A stretch of 64,000 nucleotides of DNA, from the NCBI GenBank assembly GCA_963793265.1, contig CAWBZI010000004.1, positions 384,001 to 448,000 on the forward strand. Direction: 5' to 3'. Below, in pieces: positions 48,783-59,442 of this stretch. The first letter of the stretch is position 1. Each line of letters begins with the position of its first letter. This stretch comes from an uncultured cyanobacterium. Its GTDB lineage: Bacteria; Cyanobacteriota; Cyanobacteriia; Phormidesmidales; Phormidesmidaceae. Below the pieces are notes generated by a model. It did no database searches. It saw only the letters and a program-made list of their open reading frames with translations, and was not told where the DNA came from. The position numbers and the translations under genes were made by a program.

Positions 48783-51083
48783 TTAGACAGCCACATACGT
48801 AAAGTTTAAAGTAGCCCACTGAGAAACATTCAGCGTATAGGTGTCTACAGAATCGCCTTGGTTAAGATCAGCTAACAGCGCTTCAACCACTGCTAACGGC
48901 TCAGGCAAAGGATTAATCCGCTGACCGCCACTATTTGCCGATGCCGTTAGCAATAGGTTAAATGTGCGAGTCAGCGGTAGAACGCTGCATACTACATACG
49001 TTTCTATTGGCCCCGGTGGAGACTCTACGTCCCAGTCAAGATCGGCGCTTGGAATAGCTACTGAGCTACCAGGGGCGATCGCAGTCATAGCGATATCAGG
49101 TATTTCCTGAGTGCCATCTTTATCTTCTGCCATTCCTGACGCTGAAAGATCTCTGACCGGACAAAATGCCGACAGTCGCTCTCTTGGATCGACGTTAATT
49201 AGCGTGTAATAAAGCGGATAGTCGCCGTCATTAAACAGCCGATAGCGCACCCGGCTACCGATTGGCACTTCGGGCGTAAAGCCTTCTCTACTTTCGAGCG
49301 CCTGATCAGAGGTATCCCCCGGACGGAATGTTTGACGACTGATCAACAGCGTCTCGTCTGGGCTAATCATTTCTAAGTGAGCCCTTACTGGCACCTGCGA
49401 AGACGCCCGATTTTCGCTCAGGCGCAGCATTTTCAGAGCGAGTAGAGACTGTAGCTTTAGCGTAAGGCGGCTGACTGCGGGTTTGATGGCCTCTTCCTGA
49501 AGGGAAAGGGTTCCGGGAATGAGTGATCGCGACAAAGAAAACAGCCCATATCCCGCCCCCTTGTCTTCCTGCGCTTCCTGAGCCGTCTTCCGTAATCTGC
49601 GACTATCCAACTTATTTTGATCTGCTTTCGCAGGATTTAGACCGGCAGTTAACGTCGTAGCACTCTCGGCCAGCGGCTTGGCTAGCAGGCAGTCAGCCGG
49701 TAAATCCGTATCAGAAGTAGAGCTGATAAAGTTTAAAGACGATAGGGCGCTGGTGGCATCTACGCGCTCAATTCGCTCTAACCGGCTGTCGAGCGCAACC
49801 ACTAAGTTGACTTCTTTGGGCAGGGCGCGTACTGACTCTAAAATTGGCTGGCCTATTTGAATCGAAGCTCTGCTATCTACCGATTCGATCAGCCTAGCTT
49901 GAGCAGTTAGGCCCTCGCGCGACTGTATTCGCAGCCGTCTGCCCCCGCAGTTCATAATCGTCGTCGTACCTAAATATTCCAGCGCCCGAGGTGGCAGTCC
50001 TCCCAGCCACAGCGTTGCGCGCTTACCGTCAGCGCTTACACCGGTCACAACGCCTTCTCCACGCGTATTTGCCAATACGGGTGTGCCGTAGATAGGCGGC
50101 GTTTTGGCCGGGTTCCGCAAATCGACCTTACGACGACCGCTCACGGTAGGCTGCTGATTGCTACCGCCCCAGCGTAAAAGCGTTTCTTGCGATCGCCCCA
50201 GCGCACGAGCCACGGTAATCGGTGCAGGAGCCGTCCATAAATACTGCGTGAGCACGTAGGTAAAAGCGCCCGCGTTAAAGCCGTCCCACTGCCGCTCGAT
50301 CACCACATCATCAGTCGCCGCACCGCGCAGTAAAACCCCAGGGAAAGGATCGGATTCTGTCGCAGTGCCCTGATCGGCGATCAGTGGAAAAGCGGCTGGC
50401 GGCTGGCCTGTGGCAATGACTGACCGGGCGCGCGATCGCAACCCACCCGAAAGCGGTACCGATATATCGACAGAGCCCGCATCTAAAATGGTTGTAATGT
50501 TTTTGGTATTCACTGCCTGAAGCAGCGCCTTCAGCTCAGTTTCTAAAATATCATTGAGTACCGGAGAAGATTCGGTTGGCAGCCTGCCATCGTAGGGAAT
50601 GAGCGATCGCTGCACACCGTTGGATGCAGGATTAGACGCAGACTGCGAATCCACTCTCACCTGCGCACCGTTGCCACTAAAGTGAAAAACCACCGTATCG
50701 GCTGGCTGCGCCTGGTTATAAAGGTGGTCAACAACCGCCTGATAAATCCCTTCTCGCGTCGCCTCTTTATCCGTCAGGCTAACAATATCGCCTGGCAAAA
50801 ATCCAAATCGATGAATCAGCAGCTCTCTTTGCAAAGCCACATCGCTCACCGCCCCTGCTAGCCGCCCAGACTGCTCATCTGATACCGTCCCAGGTGGATA
50901 TGCATTGATGCCAATCAGCAGCGCTAGCTTACGGCCACTGGATTGCGCTAGTGCCTGACTATATGCTTTTGCCTGCTCAGAAATTCCTGAGCTAATCGCC
51001 AATTCGGTGAGGCCCAAGGCTGCAACCACTGCGCCCGTCTGCTTAAAAAACGAGCGTCGGCTTAACCGCCGGTTCAAACCCAT
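48783..51083 (-). CDS. Caspase-like (C14, orthocaspase) protein with a substituted dyad, a Tat-like signal and a DUF4384-like C-terminus
   Basis: RKLALLIGINAY; FHFSGNG and ILDAG in place of the His/Cys motifs; SRRSFFK N-terminus. Confidence 0.85.
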   Translation of the reverse strand: MGLNRRLSRRSFFKQTGAVVAALGLTELAISSGISEQAKAYSQALAQSSGRKLALLIGINAYPPGTVSDEQSGRLAGAVSDVALQRELLIHRFGFLPGDIVSLTDKEATREGIYQAVVDHLYNQAQPADTVVFHFSGNGAQVRVDSQSASNPASNGVQRSLIPYDGRLPTESSPVLNDILETELKALLQAVNTKNITTILDAGSVDISVPLSGGLRSRARSVIATGQPPAAFPLIADQGTATESDPFPGVLLRGAATDDVVIERQWDGFNAGAFTYVLTQYLWTAPAPITVARALGRSQETLLRWGGSNQQPTVSGRRKVDLRNPAKTPPIYGTPVLANTRGEGVVTGVSADGKRATLWLGGLPPRALEYLGTTTIMNCGGRRLRIQSREGLTAQARLIESVDSRASIQIGQPILESVRALPKEVNLVVALDSRLERIERVDATSALSSLNFISSTSDTDLPADCLLAKPLAESATTLTAGLNPAKADQNKLDSRRLRKTAQEAQEDKGAGYGLFSLSRSLIPGTLSLQEEAIKPAVSRLTLKLQSLLALKMLRLSENRASSQVPVRAHLEMISPDETLLISRQTFRPGDTSDQALESREGFTPEVPIGSRVRYRLFNDGDYPLYYTLINVDPRERLSAFCPVRDLSASGMAEDKDGTQEIPDIAMTAIAPGSSVAIPSADLDWDVESPPGPIETYVVCSVLPLTRTFNLLLTASANSGGQRINPLPEPLAVVEALLADLNQGDSVDTYTLNVSQWATLNFTYVAV

Positions 51084-51189
51084 AGAACCTCACCTCTTAA
51101 CTGGCTGTATCCCTTTACTTTACATAACGTTCGTACCGTTTGCGTCAACTGTTTGCCGCCAGTTTTGGCGTTATGTAAACGAAGCTACC

Positions 51190-52359
51190 TTACGTCGCTT
51201 TCATCGCCTTAATCAGCTCAGCAGCTACTTCAGGGCGAGAGAACTCTGGGGGTGGCTGTTTACCTTCACGCAGCAACGCCCGCACTTTCGTTCCCGACAG
51301 GTGAATGCGCTCTTCTGGCGTCGCTGGGCTAGTTTTCGTAGTCGCCATAGTGCTTGTGCGCGTACAGTAAAAGGCGTGTTCAAACTTCATCGGCGTAATG
51401 CCCAATTCGCCCGGCTCAAACTCATCAAAAATGGCCTGTGCGTCGTACGTACCGTAGTAGTCGCCGACTCCAGCATGATCGCGACCCACAATAAAGTGAG
51501 TGCAGCCGTAGTTTTTACGAATCAGGGCGTGGAAAATTGCTTCCCGAGGCCCGGCATAGCGCATGGCTGAAGGATTAATCGCCAAAATCACTCGGTCTTG
51601 AGGAAAGTAGCGCTCCATCATGATTTCGTAGCAGCGCATCCGCACGTCTGCGGGGATGTCGTCGCTTTTGGTCGCACCCACGAGAGGGTGTAAAAATAGC
51701 CCGTCTACGGTTTCTAGGGCGCACTTTTGAATGTATTCGTGGGCGCGGTGAATAGGGTTGCGGGTTTGGAATCCAACGATTCTTTTCCAGCCGCGATCGC
51801 GAAACTGCTTGCGTGACTCAGCCGGGTCAATCTGATAGTTCGGAAACAGTGGATGCGCGTCGCGCTCTAGCAGCCAAACATCGCCTGCCAGATTGATCGG
51901 CCCCTGCTCATAAACGACCTTCACACCGGGGTGCTTATCTTCGTCAGTGCGATAGACGTTAATCGCCTCTTTTTTCTTGTCGTAAGTATACTTTTCGCTC
52001 AGCTCTAGCACACCAATGAAGCGCCCAGACTCATCATCTAGCCGTACTAGCTCGCCAATTTTTAAAGGCTCAGCGTCCGCTTCGCTCACCGATAGCGTGA
52101 CCGGAATTGACCAGGGCACACCGCTGGCAAGGCGCATATCGGTCACCACAGGCTCATAGTCAGCTTTGCCCATGAAGCCTTTAATCGGGCTAAAGCCACC
52201 GATGGCAATCATCACCAAATCAGAAGCCGCGCGCTTATCTAGCGTCACGCGAGGAAGGCTGTCGGCCTTACTTTCAAATTCCTTTTTTTGCTCAGCACTG
52301 GCCAAACGATTGATCAAAGTACCGCCGTGGGGCGCGATACCATCTTTTATCTCACTCAA
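51190..52359 (-). CDS. sat: Sulfate adenylyltransferase
   Basis: [21 protein letters not shown] and VGRDHAG. Confidence 0.97.
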   Translation of the reverse strand: MSEIKDGIAPHGGTLINRLASAEQKKEFESKADSLPRVTLDKRAASDLVMIAIGGFSPIKGFMGKADYEPVVTDMRLASGVPWSIPVTLSVSEADAEPLKIGELVRLDDESGRFIGVLELSEKYTYDKKKEAINVYRTDEDKHPGVKVVYEQGPINLAGDVWLLERDAHPLFPNYQIDPAESRKQFRDRGWKRIVGFQTRNPIHRAHEYIQKCALETVDGLFLHPLVGATKSDDIPADVRMRCYEIMMERYFPQDRVILAINPSAMRYAGPREAIFHALIRKNYGCTHFIVGRDHAGVGDYYGTYDAQAIFDEFEPGELGITPMKFEHAFYCTRTSTMATTKTSPATPEERIHLSGTKVRALLREGKQPPPEFSRPEVAAELIKAMKAT

Positions 52360-52460
52360 GATAGGTTCCTCTTAATTAGTGTCTCTATAACTGCTTTTAC
52401 TTGCTTTTAGGCTTGCTTAGCGATCGCGATGCTACCAATGGGGGCCAACTGACAAAATCT

Positions 52461-53543
52461 TTAGCGCACGGGCTCAATAATACCGCCACCGAGCACCCGT
52501 CCACTACTTTCGTACCAAACAGCCGCCTGTCCGGGCGTTACGCCAAACTGGGGCTCATCAAAAATTATTCTCACACGTTCTGTCTTATCTACAGCCCCAT
52601 CATTGGCCGCAATCGGCACAATCGTCGCCTTCACCGCCTCTGACCGATACCGAATCTGCACTTCCGCCTGAATCGGCCCCATCGGCGCGGCAATCGACAC
52701 CCAGTTCACCCGATGCGCCGTGCACTCGCTATCGGTCACACTATCGCGCTCACCTACAATCACCTGATTGCGCCCTACGTCCAGACTCACCACGTACAGA
52801 GGATTTGGCGCAGCAATCCCGAGTCCGCGCCGCTGCCCAATGGTGTAGTTATGAATACCCTCATGCTGGCCGACCACTTGCCCTGCCGTATCCACAATTT
52901 CGCCCGGCTTAGGCGCAAGATACTTTTCCAAAAAGGTTTTCATTGAGCCGTGCTGTTCGACCAGGCACAAATCTTGGCTTTCGGGTTTATCAGCGGTGTG
53001 TAGGCCGAGTTTGGTTGCGATCGCTCTAGTCTCCGGCTTCGTCTTCTCCCCCAACGGAAACCAGGTCGCCGCCAACTGCGCCTGACTCAAGTCATACAAA
53101 AAGTACGACTGATCCTTATTGCGATCAACCGCTCGCCGTAGCTCATAGCGCCCCGTTTCTGCGTTCTGCGTAATCCGCGCGTAATGCCCCGTGGCAATAT
53201 AGTCCGCGCCCAGCTCATTTACCGCATAGCTCAGCATCGGGCCAAACTTAACGGTGCTATTGCACTGCGAGCAGGGCAGCGGCGTCACGCCTTGCGCATA
53301 GCCATCCACCACATAGTTAATAATGTGCTTTTCAAAAACCTCACGCGAGTCTACAACCTTGTAGTCAATCCCTAGCTCATCACAAAGCTGCGCTGCGTCG
53401 GTCATGCCTTCTGAGCAGCACTGCCCTTTGCCCTTCATCAGCCAAAGCGTCAGGCCCGTCACATCATGGCCCTGCTCGTGAAGGGTAGCCGCTGCTACTG
53501 AGCTATCAACACCACCCGATAAACCGACAACAATTTTACTCAT
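52461..53543 (-). CDS. mnmA: tRNA 2-thiouridylase
   Basis: SGGVDSS, PCSQCN, ATGHYA, KDQSYFL and ESQDLC; likely ATG at 53543. Confidence 0.96.
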   Translation of the reverse strand: MSKIVVGLSGGVDSSVAAATLHEQGHDVTGLTLWLMKGKGQCCSEGMTDAAQLCDELGIDYKVVDSREVFEKHIINYVVDGYAQGVTPLPCSQCNSTVKFGPMLSYAVNELGADYIATGHYARITQNAETGRYELRRAVDRNKDQSYFLYDLSQAQLAATWFPLGEKTKPETRAIATKLGLHTADKPESQDLCLVEQHGSMKTFLEKYLAPKPGEIVDTAGQVVGQHEGIHNYTIGQRRGLGIAAPNPLYVVSLDVGRNQVIVGERDSVTDSECTAHRVNWVSIAAPMGPIQAEVQIRYRSEAVKATIVPIAANDGAVDKTERVRIIFDEPQFGVTPGQAAVWYESSGRVLGGGIIEPVR

Positions 53544-53713
53544 GAAATGACGAATAGGACAGAGAATCCTGTTTAAAGAACCGCTGTCAATGCTCAACTG
53601 TAAATACCTCATTAGGCTAGCATTTACAGCCAATAATATTGATGATTATCTAAACAGAGCGTTCGGCTTAAAGTTAATGTAGGACTATTCATGCGCTACA
53701 AAAGAAGATAACC

Positions 53714-53965
53714 ATGACACCTAAAGAGCTTCTCATCAAAGAAATCGAGCATGTGCCCGATACGGTGGTAGAAGAACTGCTCGATTTTTTGCTGATATCA
53801 AAGATGAAGCATCACCGCCAGCAGTCTCAAGAACAATCCTTTGCTGGTTTTATAGAGACGTTGGTTTCAGACATTCCCTCAGAAACCATCAACTCTTTAC
53901 CTGCTGATAGTGCCGCTGAGCACGATCACTATATCTACGGCAGTCCTAAAAAAGAAACTCGTTAA
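53714..53965 (+). CDS. DUF2281-like antitoxin
   Basis: EIEHVPD..EELLDFL N-terminus and LPADSAAEHDHYIYG; 2 bp upstream of a PIN gene. Confidence 0.75.
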   Translation: MTPKELLIKEIEHVPDTVVEELLDFLLISKMKHHRQQSQEQSFAGFIETLVSDIPSETINSLPADSAAEHDHYIYGSPKKETR

Positions 53966-53967
53966 GC

Positions 53968-54387
53968 ATGAAGCCCATTTTCGCTGATACGTTTTACTGG
54001 ATAGCATTGCTCAACCCAGGGGATGATTGGCATCGAGCCGCGCTTCTTTATGCTCGTCAAAATTCAGACGCTTCTCTTGTCACGACCGATGGCGTTCTTG
54101 ATGAAGTCCTCAACTATGCATCAACAAGAGGCAAGCTGATGCGACAAAAAGCACTGTCGCTGTGCGCTCGAATCGTTCGAGATCAAAACATGATGGTCAT
54201 CACTTACACCTCAGAACTGAGAGAGTCAGGATTTTCGCTTTATAAAGACAGGCCAGATAAGGCTTATAGCTTAACAGACTGTATTTCAATGGTTGTCATG
54301 AGGAAAATGAACATCAGCCAGGTTCTCACTCATGATAAGCATTTCACGCAAGAGGGTTTTACTATTCTCTTCAAAGATGAAGCCTAG
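53968..54387 (+). CDS. vapC: VapC PIN-domain toxin
   Basis: FADTFYWIAL, VLDE, SLTDCIS and LTHDKHF. Confidence 0.9.
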   Translation: MKPIFADTFYWIALLNPGDDWHRAALLYARQNSDASLVTTDGVLDEVLNYASTRGKLMRQKALSLCARIVRDQNMMVITYTSELRESGFSLYKDRPDKAYSLTDCISMVVMRKMNISQVLTHDKHFTQEGFTILFKDEA

Positions 54388-54404
54388 AGCCTAACTGAAA
54401 GGCT

Positions 54405-56787
54405 TCATATTTTTGCAACTGTCACACCTTTTCCTCCATCCATCTGCTCTGCCGCCTCAAAGCTTTTCACCTGTGGATGCGTTTTCAAATACTCATGAAC
54501 GCCGTGCCTCAGTTTGCCTGTACCGTGACCGTGAATCAGCCACAGCGGGCCGTTGGCATGAGCGATCGCCTCTTCCATCACACTCTCTGCTTCCACCACC
54601 CGCATCCCGCGCAAATCCACCGTATTGCTCTCAGTCTTCACCATCGGCGCTTCCGGCGGCGGCATCTTCGGCATCGGCTGAGCCTTCGGCGGCTTCTCAA
54701 CCACCTCTGCCTTCTCTCCTCTGAGCGACTCAATATCCGAGAGATCGACCGTCATCTTCATAATGCCAAAGCGCACGGCGACCTTATTATCGTCGTCTGC
54801 TTCTTCCAACACATCTGCAAGCTGACCGCCCAAGCTAGAAAGCCTCACGCGCTCACCGACTTTCGGCCGATACCCACGCCCACTAGATTTTACTTTGGCC
54901 GGATGCTTCCCAGTCGGCAACCGCTTTTCTTCAATCGCATTCAGCGCTTCAGTCGCCTTCTGAGCGTCTTGCCCTGTCTGTCCGCCTTTTTGCAAATCAC
55001 GAATCACCTTAGCCACCTCAGCACGAGCGTGAAGTAGGGCAGTTTCTACGTCTTTTTCCTGCTGCCGCTTCATTTTGTCTTCGCGATCGCGCAAGCTCTG
55101 AGCCCGAGCCTCCACTTCCTTATAAAACTTCTCCGCCTTCGCTCACCAGCCGCTCCGCCTCTTCCGCCCGCTTCTCCTGCCGCTGCCGCTGCGCCTCTAG
55201 CCCCTCAATCACCTGATTCACGTCTTCATTCGCACCGCCCATCTGCTGCTTAGCGCGTTCGAGTACGCTTTCTCTTAAGCCCAGCCGCCGCGCAATAGAA
55301 AGCGCGTTCGATCGACCAGGAATACCCCACAGCAGGCGATAGGTCGGTGCTAGCTTCACATCGTCAAACTCTACCGAGGCGTTTTCAAAGCGGTCGTCTT
55401 CGTACTTCAAAGACTTGAGTTCGCCGTAGTGAGTGGTTGCGACCGTGAGGCGGGTGCGCTCGGCTAGGTGCTTGAGCAGTGCGATCGCCAATGCACTTCC
55501 CTCAGAAGGATCGGTACCCGCGCCAACTTCATCCAGCAGAACCAGAGAACTTTCATGATCCTCAATCTCATCTAGAATCCGTCCAATGCGCTTCACATGG
55601 CCCGAAAACGTTGAAAGACTTTGTTCAATAGACTGTTCATCTCCAATGTCAGCAAGCACCGCGTCAAACCACGGCAGTTCCACAGGCTCACGAGCAGGCA
55701 CAAACATGCCCACTTTCGCCATCAGAGCAGCTAGGCCCAAGGTCTTAAGCGTAACCGTCTTTCCGCCCGTGTTCGGGCCTGTAATTGCGACTACTCTAAG
55801 GTCAGGGCGAATAGTGAGATCTGTTGGAACAACTTTTGCACTTTGTTCTTTTTTCTGTTGCCATAGCAGCAAAGGATGCTTAAGCTGACGCAGCGTAATC
55901 TGTTCGTCTTCAACAAATCTGGGTGCATTACCTTCCATCCACAGCCCATAGCGTGCGCGGGCCGCTGCTAAGTCTAGCCGCACAACCGTGATAACTAAGT
56001 GCTCAAGGTCAGGCAGCACTTCTGATACCTTAAACGTGAGGCGCTGACGAATAATTTCAGTTTCAACCTCTTCCTCTTTACGCAAGGCGCGGCGCTTATT
56101 GCCATTCTCAACAACGCTATGGGGTTCTACATATAGCGTGGCTCCGCTGGTTGATACGTCATGAACAATGCCGGGAATAGCGTCTTTGCGATCTGCTTTA
56201 ACCGGGATTACAAAGCGATCGCTCCTCTGCGTAATCAAGCTCTCCTGCACCGCGCCGCTCTGCCGCTGAATGATGCGCTGAAGTTTGGAATAGATGCGAT
56301 CGCGAACAACCTTCAACTGCTGACGAACGCTCGCCAGCTTATCACTCGCCCGGTCGGCTACTTTCCCCCGGTCATCAATGCAGCGATGAATCTCCTGCTC
56401 TAATTCTGGAAACGTCCGCACGTCAGCCACTAAAGCCTGAAGCACAGGCAAATCTTCGCGCGCATCTATCTGTCTTCGCAGCCTTCTCGTCCCGGCTAGC
56501 GTTGTTGCAATATCTAGCAGCTCCTCTCCTGAGAGAATGCCCTGCACCTCTGCTCGCTGCAAAGCCACGCCAATATCTCGAATGCCGCCAAACTGTAGGC
56601 CACCCACGGTTGATTCTAGCTGCGTAGCTTCCACGGTCTGAGCAAGTAGCTGCTCGCTTTCATCACGGGTTTTTGGAATCGGCAATCGCTGTGCGGCAGT
56701 CGTGCCAATATTGGTCGCGGTAAACGTTGCTAAATGGCGGCAAAGCCGGGGCCATTCTAATAGATCGAGCGTTTCAGATTGAATCAA
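54405..56787 (-). pseudogene. mutS2: MutS2 split by a single +1 frameshift (or a sequencing error)
   Basis: ORF1 has the ATPase (TGPNTGGKT, LLDEVGAGTDP); ORF2 has KOW and Smr (DLRGM, IHGHGTG); they join if one base at about 55136-55146 is removed. Confidence 0.88.
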
Positions 56788-56907
56788 GAGGAATTTAGTG
56801 GGTGCCTAGAAAATTGACGTGCTTATGAGGTGTAGAAACCTTTAGACATTTCTCTCTATTATAAGTACTACAACCCGGCAAGTATACGTAATTCGGAGGA
56901 GCCTGCT

Positions 56908-58134
56908 ACGTTACCCTCACCTTTACTCATCCATAACTACAGCGGCGACTCACTCGTGCCTAAGAAGCTGGCTATTAAGCCTGCTAATTTAGCGATCGCC
57001 CTATCGGCCATCGAGCTATTCCAAAGCGCCGTAGGCAAACCCCAAAAGGAACTCGACCAGCAGCTTCATCTTTGGGAAGGCGAAGGCACTGACTATCGTA
57101 TTAAGCGTGGCCTCGCCCATATTTTGAGCAGTAGCTTTAGTGAGTTTGAAATTGTGAGTCCGTTAGAGCCTGGGGTGCTGCGCGATCGCATCTTCACCCT
57201 CGCCGCGACCACCACCCCAACCCCAACCGCCGCCAAAACGCACCTAGCCACACTCGCCGCCCAGCTCACCCAAGAACTAGACCGTGACGTAGAGCCCATC
57301 CACATCAGCCAGGGTCTATACGCAGACCTTAAGGAAAATCGTATTCTCACCAGCTTTGATGCGCCCGCCCCAGAAGCCTTGCTGCACCGCTACAACCTCT
57401 CTCAAGTCCAGGGCATCTTCTACAAAGCCAGCCACGTGGTTATGAATCTGCACCGCAACGACCCTGGCGAGTACAAGCTGATGTTCAAGTACCTCAAGCT
57501 ATTTCGCCTAATGACCTATATCGAAGGCGAAGCTGATCAAGGCTTCACCATTACCATTGATGGCCCGGCTAGCTTATTCAAGGCGAGCACACGCTACGGC
57601 GTTGATATTGCTAAGCTCATCCCGGCTATTTTACACGTCACCCGCTGGCAGCTCGCCGCTAAGCTTCAGTGGAAAAACCCCTACACCAAAACCTCTCAAG
57701 AAAAAACCTTCAGCCTTGCTGATACCTGTGATTTAGTCAGTCACTACCCTCCTGGCAAACCCTACGACAGCATGTTAGAGCAGGCGTTTGCTGAAAAATG
57801 GGCAAAAACCAAAACAGAATGGCAGCTAGAGCGCGAGGTAGATTTGGTACCGATTCCTGGTAGCGTCATGATTCCAGACTTTCGGCTAGTACATCCCGAT
57901 GGCCGTGTGTTCTTGCTGGAAATTGTGGGCTACTGGCGACCTGAGTATTTACGCAAGAAGTTCTATCAGGTCAGCCAGGCTGAGAGTAATAACTTGATCT
58001 TGGCTGTCTCAGAACGATTGAATTTAGAGAAGGCCGGGGTCGATACGCGCAATGTCTCAGCCAAGATGGTTTGGTTCAAAGATAAGTTGCAGCCCAAGGC
58101 CGTGCTTGAGGCTATCGATGCTGCTACGGAATAG
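56908..58134 (+). CDS. DUF790 (Bax1-like) PD-(D/E)XK nuclease; probable ACG start
   Basis: LYADL, RYNLSQVQG, IDGPASLF, IPDF and EIVGYW; GGAGGA 7 nt before an in-frame ACG. Confidence 0.85.
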   Translation, partial: TLPSPLLIHNYSGDSLVPKKLAIKPANLAIALSAIELFQSAVGKPQKELDQQLHLWEGEGTDYRIKRGLAHILSSSFSEFEIVSPLEPGVLRDRIFTLAATTTPTPTAAKTHLATLAAQLTQELDRDVEPIHISQGLYADLKENRILTSFDAPAPEALLHRYNLSQVQGIFYKASHVVMNLHRNDPGEYKLMFKYLKLFRLMTYIEGEADQGFTITIDGPASLFKASTRYGVDIAKLIPAILHVTRWQLAAKLQWKNPYTKTSQEKTFSLADTCDLVSHYPPGKPYDSMLEQAFAEKWAKTKTEWQLEREVDLVPIPGSVMIPDFRLVHPDGRVFLLEIVGYWRPEYLRKKFYQVSQAESNNLILAVSERLNLEKAGVDTRNVSAKMVWFKDKLQPKAVLEAIDAATE

Positions 58135-58144
58135 CGGTCATCCT

Positions 58145-58360
58145 TTACACAGCCAAAGGTGTAATTGAATAGAGCTTTGCTTCTTTCGCAGCGCTCTCCA
58201 TATCACCAGCTTTCAGTGCGCGCCGCAATCTATCAATGCGATCAAGTTCACTTGGGTTGATGTGTGGCCCCCAAGCTTCTAGCTCGTCCGTCATTGACAC
58301 CTCAATTTCGGCCATAACACCGCCTACATAAATTCTTTTGGTTCTTGTAAAAGTAGCCAC
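58145..58360 (-). CDS. Small partner protein of DUF4258 (putative antitoxin)
   Basis: GTG start overlapping the DUF4258 stop with AGGAGG SD; WGPHI..LDRIDRLRRALKAGD. Confidence 0.7.
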   Translation of the reverse strand: MATFTRTKRIYVGGVMAEIEVSMTDELEAWGPHINPSELDRIDRLRRALKAGDMESAAKEAKLYSITPLAV

Positions 58361-58695
58361 TACTGCCTCCTTTTTAATTGAGCATCCCACCTAGCTGGAT
58401 CGGGAATATAAGCTGTGATCAGAACTGCTGGCTCATCAAATCCTTTAGGGATTCCCCATACACAGTGCACCACACGGTTATCATTAGCCCTTTGAAATAG
58501 TAAAACCGCTGGCCCTTTCGCAAACTCAGGATAGAACTCTATAACCTCTACGGTTCCATCTAACGAGGCGATGTCCCCACGTTCTAAATCATCTTCAATA
58601 AGAGCGTTTAACGCATGTTCAGAAATCTTATAGCTGCCATCTTTGACTAGATCTTTGACCTTTTTTAGAAAACTTGCCTTTTCCATATCTCTCAT
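58360..58695 (-). CDS. DUF4258 protein (putative toxin)
   Basis: ISEHA, IEFYP, VHCVWG and LITAYIPDPARW. Confidence 0.85.
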   Translation of the reverse strand: MRDMEKASFLKKVKDLVKDGSYKISEHALNALIEDDLERGDIASLDGTVEVIEFYPEFAKGPAVLLFQRANDNRVVHCVWGIPKGFDEPAVLITAYIPDPARWDAQLKRRQ

Positions 58696-58946
58696 TCTAC
58701 GCCGTGGGCTGAGATACAGCGATTTCTTATAGAACCTCACCAGAAAGCTTGATCGACGCGGATTTTTGGGCAGAAGTAGGTGCACGTGAAGCTCTAAAGA
58801 AGCTTTAGAAGCGGCTTTAGAAGGGAATGCTTAGAGCAGCCTTGAATACTCCTATCCGCTAGATTTATCTTTTTGGAAATAAATCGGCTCCCTTAAGCAG
58901 GCTTAGGGCACCTTAAATACACCAAGCCGTTGAATCTACTGAAACT

Positions 58947-59321
58947 ATGAGCACAATATTAGTCGTAGATGACAGCCCTATGCTCCGAGAGATGATTTCT
59001 GGTCTTTTGGACAAGTCGGGTCTAACCATTTCAGTCGCCAAAGATGGCCAGGAAGCGAAAGAAAAAATTGTCGCCGATCCCCCAGATTTGGTCGTGCTCG
59101 ATGTCGTAATGCCCAACATGAACGGCTACGAGCTTTGCCGCTGGGTAAAAAGCACAGAGTCTACCCAACACGTGCTAGTAATCTTATGCTCCTCTAAGAG
59201 CGAAGAATTTGACCGCTACTGGGGCATTAAGCAGGGCGCAGATGCCTACGTCATCAAGCCTTTTCGGCCTGGCGAGCTGCTAAGCACCGTTCAAACACTA
59301 CTTGCCAGCAAGGTCGCCTAG
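58947..59321 (+). CDS. Stand-alone CheY/PilH-like response regulator
   Basis: LVVDDS, DLVVLDVVMP, FDRYWG and YVIKPF. Confidence 0.92.
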   Translation: MSTILVVDDSPMLREMISGLLDKSGLTISVAKDGQEAKEKIVADPPDLVVLDVVMPNMNGYELCRWVKSTESTQHVLVILCSSKSEEFDRYWGIKQGADAYVIKPFRPGELLSTVQTLLASKVA

Positions 59322-59370
59322 CCTCCTTAATAATAAAAAACTAAAATTACATACCAATCACATACTCAAG

Positions 59371-59407
59371 AGCCCGCCGTTTAGAATTTAGACGACGGGT
59401 TATTTTT
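59371..59407 (+). terminator. Terminator after the response regulator
   Basis: GCCCGCCGTTTAG/TTAGACGACGGGT stem followed by TATTTTT. Confidence 0.6.
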
Positions 59408-59442
59408 ATGGCTCGATTTAATCTTTACGCCGCACCGCTTTT

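Noticed and set aside
55113..55146. Programmed ribosomal frameshift in mutS2
   Set aside because: No recognisable slippery sequence or stimulatory structure
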